Made by a program: the position numbers and the translations under genes. Positions 23,811 to 35,867 of a stretch of DNA of 64,000 bases are shown here, in pieces (position 1 is the stretch's first letter; every line of letters starts with the position of its first letter). The notes under the pieces were generated by a model. It saw nothing but the letters and a program-made list of their open reading frames with translations, was not told the origin of the DNA and made no database searches. The stretch is taken from NCBI GenBank assembly GCA_002633005.1, contig NMRA01000040.1, forward strand, positions 1,268,604-1,332,603, read 5' to 3'. The stretch is from Phoronis australis. Its lineage: Eukaryota > Animalia > Phoronida.

Positions 23811-26800
23811 CTGAAAGCAAGGAAGAAGCGATCACGTTTGTGCAGAGACTGCCAGGGAAGAGTTCAATACCTGTCTCGCGGTGAGAAAAATCTAGACAAA
23901 ATTACGCGCTCTCATTGAAAATACAAGGCACTACCTCGCGGAATCTCGCGAAATCTTGATTACTTAACGAGGTACTAACGGTAATGAACTCGACCCAGAA
24001 CCTAACTACAGCATCATGACCACTAGAGTGGGTCTGAAAATGGCCATACGTAGGGAACAAAATCCCCCATATGAACTGAAACAGAAGGAGACGGAAACGG
24101 ATACACACCTGGCCCAAAGTGGCAGCCAAGTTTGAAACGTTTAGGTAGGAAGTAGGTATTAAGTATTTGGTTCGATAATTCTTCATTAGTTACACACAAA
24201 ATAATGTCCAAGAATGTCATTTTGGAATTTTGAAGGATTAATGATTAATTTGTTACAAATATTGAAAGCGTCAACAGATGCTCTTTTTAACATCTACAAA
24301 GTGCAATCAACTGTGATACTAGTATATTTTAATCTTTATTTTTGTTACGAAACAATATAGGGTTTCACATGTCGGCCATGCTGTGTGCTAAATATGTAGT
24401 GATTAACATTACTATTCGTTGGCGTAGAACGTAAAGAATTGGGAAGACGGAATATCACTGCACTGCAATAACATGTACAAGTTAGAACGATAACAAACTT
24501 CACGACAGAGTAGTATACAGTACTTGAATGTTTTCTCGTAGTAAGAAACGAGTTACAACGCATTGCCATAGGTCTACTCAAGTCTTGGGAAACTGTTCTA
24601 CACTTGGCCACATTGACTGTGGAGAAATGCACTTAAAGTTTTAAATTGTCAAACAGGATTAGGAGGTAATTTGATAGAAACCCAGTGAATTTGGCAGGCA
24701 CGCTTGTCTGCCGTGTGCCTAGTCGAGCGAAAACACACGAAGTTGACACGAACTCGAGTCTGAGATTACGTGGAATGCCCGAGTAGGCACTGAGGCGAAT
24801 GAAAACCAGAAGCGAAAATTGGCCCTTAGGATCGCACTAGGATTTGTGACTTTGAACCAATGCAGTGTAAATATCAAAACAGAGGCCGAGTCAAGGACTG
24901 AAGTTGAACTGCGCAAGTTGACGACTGTCATGTTCGATTTTATGGTCCAAGACAATCTAGGAAGCGAAAGAAAGGCTGTCTCGCGTGCATCAATCACGAA
25001 AAACACCACTGCCCGAACACCATAACTGTTTGATTTAACCATTCGAAAAGAGGTTCCAAAGATGAATGATTCGACAGTTCTAAATAGCCTTCCGTAGACC
25101 TCACCGTAGACCCTTGAAACCCGCGAAAACGCACGACCACGCAAGTCTTCGCGAGATGTCACCGTGCGAGCAAACCCCGAGTGCACATTAACTCTTCTTG
25201 AGAGCGTCTTGCTTGCAAAACGTAGCTTGAATGAATAGCGGCATTTACCACAATGGGACATTGCCATCCCGCGGCCTGTTCTCAGCGTGCACTTACTAAG
25301 ATCTGTTTCGTGCCCCTTTCACAATGGACTATATCTACGGAACCCTGGGACAATGCTAATATCGCCTAGTGGGCGGGCCAGCTCTGACAACCCCCTTAGT
25401 AGCCTACACGTAAATCCCGGGTCCGCCCCAATGGAACACGAAAGATGCCGTCTGTATTTACACTACGCACCCTCCAGATACTTTCTACAAAAAGATCACA
25501 TGTTTACATAAAGACCTATTGATCCACCTTGTTTTAAATTGTTGACTTCAAACACTAGTGTAACGTGACATTGTGGCCACATTGATTGGACTGATTGCGT
25601 TGACCGTCAGACGGTATTCAAAAACTGTGTTACGCCGAAAGGCTTCGATTTCTGAGATCGATCTAGAAGAGTTAAGAATAGGGTTGAACAATGGGAACAG
25701 AGGTGCATAACATACCCTAGTCTATTGTTCGAGGGTGTCAAGTCGCTTGACTGTGATACAACTGGTCGGTGAGATGAGTTCAGAGTTGGTGGAGAAGGAT
25801 TTCCGGGAGCGCCTAAATATTTTCGACGGTACCTTGGGCGCAGATGGAAAATTATGACACGCGTTGTTTTAGAGAGTGGGTTAAACCCGGAAATAGTTAA
25901 CAGGCCATTTGGCATTGTTATCTGTTTTGTTTTCACTAAGGCCTAAAAGCAGAATTGAAAAACAGCTTCCACATCGCGTGGATACCCTTTCGCGACGGGG
26001 TTTAAGTCAATTAACACTATTGCAGGAGGTTATTCCAATGATAAATCTCACTAGAATTCAAAAGGTGAATCATTTCGATGGGAATTCAATCAGGGAAATG
26101 TGCCGTTTAGAGAAAATTTGCCGCGAATGAACTCAGCCTCGTGAGGGGCACATTCCGTTCACAACTTTTTGCGAGTACTCTCCAAGATATGAGAGAAGTA
26201 ACTGAAAAGGTAGGATTAGTTTTTAACAAATCATACGAATTATAATTCGTGGAAATGTTTCTCCCTGCAGTGCACTTTTTAATTGGTTTAGAAGCTTCCA
26301 CAAGCCCAAATCCACACAGCGTCGTCTTCTACACTATCAAAATACATATAGTTTGTAGCAGTGACTAGTGTCAACGTTATTTGTCTAGGTCCAATAAACG
26401 ACATTAGATTTTAACCCGCCTTAAAGTGTTAAACTACAGATGAACTTGTTGCAACATCTGGTTTACGCATACAATTTTAATTTGTCGAAGCTGCGTTTTG
26501 ACATTTTTAACTGGCTAAAAAAACGAAAATCCAACCGGGCCTTCTACTCTCATAAAATCGGGTCTCACGATCTTTCTTACTGTCACAAGACTCTGTTTCT
26601 TCTAGCAACTCAAGTCAATGGCTATGCGCACGTGCGCCTTTTTCGAATACGCTATTTTAGTGCTGGCTAATCCCAATTAACTCCGAAGCATGTTCTTATG
26701 TCACTAATGGAAATAGAACCCTATCACGGCAAAGAATAATATAAGATCGATTTTATCAGAGTAAAAAGTCTCATTTTAGCCAGCCCGAAATGCAGCTTTA

Positions 26801-29800
26801 AATCTACTTCGTTTTGTCAAATATTTCAAAGCTAATTCAGAGACATACTAGAAAACTTGTCCTATAGTTCACGCTTTGGGTGAAGCCCTTCGTTTTTTCT
26901 TTTCATTTTTAATACATGGTATTAGCGATCTTAGTTACTCATGATAACACCACTGTGGTAAGGGGGAAGGTCACACAGCTACGATAACTTTATGTATTCC
27001 AGTTAAAAATTTGCGATTTCGGCTTGAGCTAATTAGCTTCTCAAGGTCTATAGAAAGGACAACTGAGCAAATCAAACTTTTTTTAATAATTGATCACTAG
27101 CCATTTTACAAGTTAAATCTGTTTGCTGACGAATTCTAAATCAACGTACGCGCGCGTTATTTACTGGTCTAAGCGTCCAACACCTTTTTAATAAAATATT
27201 AAGTAAGTGATTTTTTTCATTTTAACATTGTTTGGATACATAAGCCAAACAAAAATAGCACATCGTATATTGAATAATGTTCCTCAAGTTTGAGCGCTCG
27301 TATTTTGCAGAATCAATGAGCCAAGTATTTATCTCATTGGCAGTATGCACCTCCTGCAAAACAATTTGCTGAAAATTCGACTACAAAGACGACTAGTTAC
27401 AACACGCACCTGCGGACTAGTATACCTGAAACCTTGTCTGACCAAGTCGTGTTCCTTGTTTACACGGGTGCTTTCAATTTAGCTGCAGACTGCGGCGCTA
27501 AACCGACACTAAATGTTAATCCGACTGATACACAGACCTTCTGAATTTAGTTGTCCACAACTCATCTGTCCATTACATGGCAGATACAACAGTTTGTTTC
27601 TATGGTAACAGGTGATGGGTTCCTAGTTTTCGTGATTTTCTAAAATACAGTATTTCTAAACATAGTCTACAGTAACCAGCGGAAGATGACTACAGGATCG
27701 CATTCTGAAAAAATGTTCCTCTAAATATTATCGAAAACAGGGGACAGCGCTTCCTATATATATATGTAAATATGTTTTCCTCACGCCATGAATTCCATCG
27801 CTTCTGTGTAAATTCCGCCACGCGGCAGAACTGTAAGAGAAGACCAGTTATCTTTACAGTGACCGATTTGGCAGGTTTAAGATTTCATTCAACAATTTCA
27901 CATCAAGATTTCGCGGACGTTCTCTTGATAAATGCCAGACCTTCGGCGGACTACTCCGCTTTGCAGTCCTATTCTAAAGGAAGTCACGTGGTCTAATTAA
28001 AGAAAATGTGTGCACAGGGCTTCGATTAAAAATCCAAATTTAAAGTATAAAATATATCGAATACCCCAAAAAGCGCCATAGAAGCACAAGTGTTAGGGTT
28101 ATATTCTTCAACGTCAACTTAAGAACTCCATTTGTTGTATATACAAGGTACGTATCACTTGTTTCATTAAGAATCGGTGAACTGCGTGCTATCTACGAAA
28201 AAGAGAAAGAGCAACAGATGCAAGGCCATCTATCAGTCAAGATATACAAGTAAAGACAAAATCTCACAGATAATATTTTAAACCAAAAATAAACTCTCTT
28301 ACGTAACAGAGAGACAATATACTATAAAAGTAACAATTAGCAGGTGGGTACGCGAATATTCAGACAGACGTTTTGTGTTCATTAGCAGGTTGTCACTTTG
28401 AAATACTACAAGTATACGTATTACTACACAGAAACAATGTCGGTCGATGTGTACAACTTGGCTCTTTGCCGTTTTATCCTTTCAGCCTTCGCAGACTCCG
28501 GCCAACAACTTCGAAAGGTATACTATATACAACATCAAATGAAAACTGCAGACTATAAAATGGCTCACTCAAAGTCAAGAACTCACAAAATCTCGAGTTA
28601 AAAATAAAAACGCTAAAAGTAAATCTACAACTGAAAAGCCAAGCAGGAAACGTCAAATGTAAATTTCCTCGGCTCAACCGCTGTTGCTCGCAATTTTTCA
28701 GAGGTACGACTCATGGAACGATGCATCGGTATTGTTTGGAATCCACAACGTTGAAGTTGGAAAATATTTTGATCTCTTCACGCATCAACGGCACCTGGCG
28801 GTCATTGAATACGCTCCGTGTGATATCTAAACACCTGATTACGTAATACGCGGACAAAACGGGAGCAAGATTGGACAATTTCAAGAACTCGATACTTCGA
28901 TATTACTTCACAAGGAATTGCTCTCAGCTGCAAACAGAGAAAATCGTCAAATATAAGTGATTCCAGGTTATCTGATTAATATATAAATTAATGTGCGAGA
29001 TGTATGAAAAGATACTGGAAGATTGAAGTCGGAAGCGTAAGACGAAAATTTTAATTTGATATTTAAGTATTATAGTGAATTAATTCTACCTTACGCTGAT
29101 GACGCACGCAGTCTAAAACTTTGTCTTCACGGTGAAATTTTAACTGTCGCGTGGCCAATGCATCTTTTTCGTCTTACAACAATTTAGTTATTTCATATAA
29201 CAATTTGGTAACTTCTTTGTTACTTTGCAAACTTTTTGATTTGTGAACAGCATTCCTCAGCTTGACTGTTCACTGGCTTATATTGTTGACATGATTGTGA
29301 TCGGAAATTCAATTTGACTTAATTTGCTAAATGAGCATGCAACTATTTTTCCAAGACTGTTCTTTAAAGTGAAAAATGATTTACGGCACCTTAATTGTAA
29401 CAGTGATCCAACGTCGCATTACTATAAGCAATAAATTTTAACGAAACAAAAATAACGGTTGTGTGATAAAAAGATATACTGTCGAAGTGCAACAATGTAT
29501 TTGCTGTCTCTAAAAGAAGTGCATACAACAATATCTTCAAATGAAGTCACGGCAAACGCAATTCTTTGAAGTCTCGCCAAATTCTCTTATAAATAATAAC
29601 CATCATCATCATCATGATGTTGTTAACAAAAATTTATTTTATTATAGACAACGAAGTTGACTGCACTTCAAATAATCAATTGGACAAGACCAAATCTACT
29701 ATCAGCAAACTAAAACAGAGACGTAAATATTCCTGGCAACTATTGCCCAGTACAAGAATGAAGTCTACCTTGCTGTGGACGTTGTAACAAACTAATGGCG

Positions 29801-30672
29801 CCTTGTCGACACCGTCGTTATTTTGTTTATTTTTCGGTTTAAAATTCGCTGCACTTCGAATCCCGCAAAGCTGAAAAAACGCGAGCACCTCAGTAGACGA
29901 AACAAACAACAATTAACCCGTACCTTTGAAAGTGTGAAGATCCAGCGTGAGTGGGTTTCTCTGTTTTAACTGTTTTCATACCAGAAACAGTTTGATCTAA
30001 TAAAACCACTTATGTTTTGAGATAAATCATTTCGCTGGTAAAGCAATAGTTTACCCTCATTTTGTAAAGAAGTTTGTTTTACAGAAAGTATCACCTCCAA
30101 CAACATGGCAAAACAATATCGGAAAACAAATCGACGATCGTCAATAAAGCAAACAATGGCCATGGTATAATTGATATAATAAATATTTGAACGTTTTCCA
30201 ACTTACGAGAGTCGGTGCGGCAGAATCTCGCTTCGTAGAAGAAAAAGTAACGAAGTAGTACAACGAAGTTGATGTTTTCGTTTTTCTTGGCCAACATCGG
30301 TGTCAGAGACCGTCAACTAGTAGCCTATAAGTTATAGTTTACATTCCAACAGTCAATAAATATCAAAACAACAGATTATCTCGGCATGAAACCACACACC
30401 CGCCGTTTATTGACGAAGATTTGTCGCACGCAGGACGTCAGGACAAACACAGACAAAACAGAATAAACATGAAATTTAGCAAAAAATACACTTCACTACC
30501 ATTTCATTAATACAGCAGTTAGGATGCAAAAAGAATTTGGATCCTACATGAGGACTAATTCTTGAAGCGTTTTCATTTGTGTCCCAGGCCGCAAGTCAAC
30601 ACCGTATTCCTTAATCGAAGCTCAGAGCGGGAAACCCAAGTGATTTGGACAATTTTGGGAAAAATAACCTAC

Positions 30673-30747
30673 CAGTTCTTTGCTTTGTTGCACGGCTCTA
30701 TTCTCCGGCTGGTCTTCGCTCATAGTATGGTAGAGACGCGCGACCAT
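30673..30747 (-). CDS. Lhx2/9: Candidate first coding exon of Lhx2/9 (MVARLYHTMSEDQPENRAVQQSKEL)
   Basis: ATG at 30747, 25 stop-free codons and a phase-0 donor CTG|GTAGGT that fits the phase-0 LIM1 exon. LYHTMS resembles the vertebrate N-terminal LFHSLS (LHX2) and LFHGIS (LHX9). Confidence 0.65.
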
Positions 30748-31110
30748 GCCTCCCGGCGTCCAGCAGACACTCCACTGAGAAAACGATCCTTGGTTTAATC
30801 ACCCTCTCTCTCTTGAGTGTCAATCCTAGGTTAGAGTCTTGTCTTTTAAAATATTTTCATTGCGGCTGGCTTAAGCTTGAGAATTTTTCGCATGCCAAAA
30901 TGGATTTAGTCGTCTATTTTGCTATGTATTGTGGCTCTTCAATAGATAATCCCCGTGTAGTGCTCGCGATGGGCTTTACAGATCACATTCGCATGAGTTG
31001 GCCGAGTTGTAACTTTAATAGATACGGAGGTGGAGCGAATAATGTTTTATGTAGACGTGTGGGCATCCCACTGAGAACGGTTCAATGCGAAATTTACAAC
31101 GTGATTGGCT
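30745..31110 (-). promoter_or_regulatory. Putative Lhx2/9 core promoter
   Basis: Inr-like TCAGT at 30778-30774, a GA-repeat at about 30804-30812 and AGCCAATC (NF-Y CCAAT box) at 31103-31110, all upstream of the candidate exon 1. The motifs are short and could be chance. Confidence 0.35.
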
Positions 31111-32442
31111 GAAAGGTGGACTAGTCTATTTTGGGATGATCCACTTTGTAGGGGTTGTAGGATACATAGCCCAACAATCGAACTTGAATGCTTTGACATA
31201 TCTTGTAACTCTGACAAATCGCTTCTTCATCTCTCAGTTGTTTTAAAATTTTATCATGGACAAAGTGAGAAATTTTCTCTCTACTGTAAACTTTCCATGC
31301 GTTCATTTCTGCCTGCTTCTTGAACCGCTCAACATTTGCACGGATGGCGTGAAATTTCTCGTAATTTTGTAGTAAGTTTTTAAAGTTTGACAAACCCGCC
31401 TATGTTGGTCAAAAATGACTTTTGATTCAGATAACTTCCGCTATAAAATTGTGTCAACTTGTTCCTTATTCAGATGAGGAATGATTTTGGGCTATGCTCT
31501 GCGCCCAAAATGACGCGACGTGACGAGCCCACTGATCAAGCATGATCTCAACCTAACAAAGATGTCATACATCAACTTTCAATTCTTCCAGAGGCTCTAA
31601 ACCTGAGTAAACAACAAGTTAAAACAGATTTATACTGGTAAGTGATCCGGCGATATCAAAAGTTATTTTTTGCGGAATATTGGTTCGCAGTCGCTTTAAT
31701 ATTGTCTTTCAAATAACCATATGGCATTTCATTGCTCAAAACTGCAGGCATTATATTTACCTTACAGACCATACGAACACAGTTTCTATTGAACCTTAGT
31801 TTTATTTGATTCTAATGTTTTTATACTCTGCAATATGTCAATAAACATTCTCGCCCGGGGTGTTTAAGCGACACCTGTTACTAAACAATGTAAACTAATC
31901 AATGAACCAGGCGCATCTCGCTTAACCACTTTGTCTCAAACATTGCTTCCTACAGCATTTACGGTAGGCAATAGCGCGGAAAGCAATATGTCTCGCTCTC
32001 ATGAAATCAGTCGGAAATATCAAGCAACAATTTGTTGTTGAAATTGGCGTGTTTGAATATTGTTTCTCATCTTAATGTCGATATTTGATTTTTATACAAT
32101 TCTATCAACAATAAAATGGCGAGCGAGTGCATCCGTACTCGTATTCAGTAGGGACAAAGACGTGACAATAGAAGTCGTCTTTATCCGTGTTACCTTAAAA
32201 TCAAAACAAGGGTCCTCTTTGGATATCGCGTAGGTTTTAAGACATGTCTATTGTACCAGATTCACTTGACCATAAAAATCCACCCTTTGTTGTCTACTTT
32301 ATCAGAACAAATATTACTTTCGGAGTATTCGCAGTTGTAATACCAATCAAGATGTATTACAATGCCATTGATTTCTTAGTTCAGAATTCACGTCTTTTCC
32401 TGATCTAATGCGTAAAAACAATTACTTTACGAACGCCGTTTG

Positions 32443-32573
32443 TCACCATCATCAACACCGCCGAGACCACCGCCGTCATCATCATTATCATTTTCATCAT
32501 CATTATCATCATCATCATCATCATCGTTAATGCCAATCGTCATCATCGAGGTCTTCACCATCATCATCATTAT
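32443..32573. repeat. Degenerate (CAT)n microsatellite
   Basis: Long interrupted CATCATCAT tract. Confidence 0.9.
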
Positions 32574-34004
32574 AGTGAAACTTGCTCTCTAACTCCTTAT
32601 CTCTGTGATCGCTCGGTCAAATTAGTTAGAAACACAACATATAGCGACGACGAGAATATGAAGAAGGCTGAAAATTGCCAATTATACGAACGAGTATTGT
32701 AAATCACTCAATCGTGTCCAGTTACTATCGTGACGTGGTGTTGGGAAATAACACAGCATGGTGCGGGTTATATGGGCCTCTAAGGCACGTCTTTAGTGCA
32801 AAGCTCACCTATTTGCAGAATTTCGTGTTTTCACATTTATAAGTTATCAATAACTATAACTGCATTTCGTGTAGAGTAGAGGAAGTTCAAATAGCATTGT
32901 AGTTTAGTTCCCGTTATACATACGCATAATATTATTAGGAGCATGCAAAAACATCTTTAGTGCCCGTTACCATCGATGTCACTTCCGTGAGAAAAAATCA
33001 ACGTGTTCATCAACTACGGAATGTTGTATGTATCTTTCCTGCGCTGTTTTCGTTGTACGGCAAGAATTGAGAAATACCCGTATGTATTGAGGTAGCTAAG
33101 ATCGCTTGCAAACGTGATACTAGCCGGAGTGCTTTTCAACATCATAGCAGTCATTTCAACTTGAAACTGACAAACCTTTGTCGACGACGCTGAACAACGG
33201 TTGTACATTACCGATGCTAAATATTTAATGTTAATTCTTTCAACTATAGATTTGACTGGTTATGAAAGGATGTCGATAGTCGTAGAAATGTGTAACAATC
33301 TTAACTCGGTAAATCTGGCTTAGATTAGTGACTGACGCCGCTCTTATCCTATAAAGAATTATTACCGATGTAATCGTTCAGTGACTTGGACTGGTGCTTT
33401 AGTTTCCAGGTGTTATTTTGTGTCGATCCTTTAAGGGGCTTTAGGTGCGCGAGTACCCCACTTTTCTTCTTACAGGACATTAACACTGACATTTATTCTC
33501 TTACTTTGGCAAAAATATGCTAAATCTCCAATACATCCAAGTTCCATCTTGGAAGCATACTTTGATTTTGATGTCGTTCACTTACAATATTAGTCTCAAC
33601 TTGTTTCTTATTCAGACGTTAAGTGATGTCTAATGTGTGTAAGGAAACGACAGTTCGTTATTGGTTGAGACCGCCCCGTGCGCATAAAATGACACACCGT
33701 GACAAGCTTAATAGTACTCTCATCTCAAGCATCAGCGAATTGACAGTCCTTGAAAGCATAGAAGTCACCTCCAGTTTGACTAAGGAAAATCTTAGACCGA
33801 TTTCTTAAGTGTATAATTGGTTTACATCAAAAATTGGTTTTAGTGGTGAAAGGCTAGTTTAAAGCCGCTTTAAAGTCAGAGACTTTCTCTCTTGCTGGCA
33901 TTAGTTGTGTTGATTCTCTTAAAACCAAATGAACGAGAAACAAAATCAAATAAGGTAAGCAAAATGGTGGTCACGCATGTATTTTTCCGACATCGGTTAT
34001 GCTA

Positions 34005-35153
34005 TATTTTTGTTATGTCTCTTGTTGATCAACTCTGTTGTACCTCTTTGGAGGATAGACAAATTAATCGCGAATTTGAGAGAACGTCCAATACAGTAAC
34101 AGCGCTCTCGTGTGTGTCGAATCAGTTCTTCCCAAATGACTAAATTTTTTGAAAAATCCGTTGAGAAAATAAAGAATAACCAGTTTGCGCTTCAAGCACG
34201 CCACCTGAATGAGTGGCATCATTTTCCATCACCTATTGAAGTACCCTGTGTTTCTACGCTACTTACAGCAAATATAAACAGGACTTTTGATTTTCCTCAA
34301 AATTGTGTTCGTAGGCAAGAATATGTTGGATTAAGTATAAGCTGCATCTTAGGAGTTGAAAAAGTAACGGATTACCCTGTGCTAACGTTATGTCTCAAAC
34401 CCATACGGGATTCGCCTCAACCCACGACCTCAGGGGTCGCAGTCTGCTAGTAGCGCTGAAGCCAATATTGCAGGTAGTCGGGAGATATTGTGACGGCCGT
34501 CGATTTCTGTTAATTTTATCGTATCATTGGAATCTCCTTTCGGGAATCGGTGATTTCTAATAAAATCACAAAAGCACGNTATTTTTGTTATGTCTCTTGT
34601 TGATCAACTCTGTTGTACCTCTTTGGAGGATAGACAAATTAATCGCGAATTTGAGAGAACGTCCAATACAGTAACAGCGCTCTCGTGTGTGTCGAATCAG
34701 TTCTTCCCAAATGACTAAATTTTTTGAAAAATCCGTTGAGAAAATAAAGAATAACCAGTTTGCGCTTCAAGCACGCCACCTGAATGAGTGGCATCATTTT
34801 CCATCACCTATTGAAGTACCCTGTGTTTCTACGCTACTTACAGCAAATATAAACAGGACTTTTGATTTTCCTCAAAATTGAGTTCGTAGGCAAGAATATG
34901 TTGGATTAAGTATAAGCTGCATCTTAGGAGTTGAAAAAGTAACGGATTACCCTGTGCTAACGTTATGTCTCAAACCCATACGGGATCCGCCTCAACCCAC
35001 GACCTCAGGGGTCGCAGTCTGCTAGTAGCGCTGAAGCCAATATTGCAGGTAGTCGGGAGATATTGTGACGGCCGTCGATTTCTGTTAATTTTATCGTATC
35101 ATTGGAATCTGCTTTCGGGAATTGGTGATTTCTAATAAAATCACAAAAGTGCG
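34005..35153. other. Probable assembly artefact: 574-bp duplication joined by a single N (34579)
   Basis: 34005-34578 is repeated at 34580-35153 with about 6 substitutions, and the N lies at the junction. Confidence 0.85.
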
Positions 35154-35815
35154 ACGGACTGTGATGCTGTACAGCTCTGGCCAATGTTATTTATATGTTT
35201 ATATTCTACAAGAAGAATATCCTTCCCAACGATAATACAAAAACGCGTTTTCAGCCCTAAAACCGACTGTGTTATTTTAAAAATGCAAACAATGTGGCAA
35301 ACCATAAAAATCGTAAAAAATCTCGAAAATAACGCCGTCCTTGCAGAGTAGTGAATAAAAGTGTCAAAACGTGTTACGTGCGCGACACAAATCCTGCTGA
35401 AATAATCTAATAATTTAATCGCGCCTTCGTGCTGTCACTGACAGCGGTGGTACATTGTAAGTGAGTCAGTATCGGTTTGTTTCTCATCAAATGGTTTAAA
35501 TCATCACTTAATACAAACGAACACTTGTATTACGAAAATAATATGTGTTAAGAGCAAATATCATCAATGTTGAAATTACGCGGTAAGTGGGACTTCTCTA
35601 AACGTTAGTTTTAGCCAACTTGTAGTTCTTCGAAATCAATTAATTAAGCTCATTAGACAAGTCATGACTTTTGTGGTTTCTGTCATTATAAGTATTTGTA
35701 TACTCAGATACAGAGACGTTTATTCAACAGTGATGTTCATCGTTATTGATATTGGTGTTGGTTTTATTGTTGCTAGTCTTACACAGTGTTGTTAATCGTT
35801 ATCAATGAAAAACCA

Positions 35816-35867
35816 TATAATAATCGTATAATAATCGTATAATAATCGTATAATAATCGTCTAATAA
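35816..35867. repeat. 11-bp tandem repeat (TATAATAATCG)x4 plus a partial unit
   Basis: Four perfect units read directly. Confidence 0.9.

Noticed and set aside
24719-25267. 182-aa minus-strand ORF in Lhx2/9 intron 1 as exon 1 or a nested gene
   Set aside because: No recognisable domain, Arg/Ser/Phe-rich non-coding-like composition and no convincing in-phase donor. The 30673-30747 exon fits better.
34112-34881. Duplicated ORF pair MCRISSSQ... as tandem paralogues
   Set aside because: Product of the single-N assembly duplication. One copy has a stop, and I recognise no homology.
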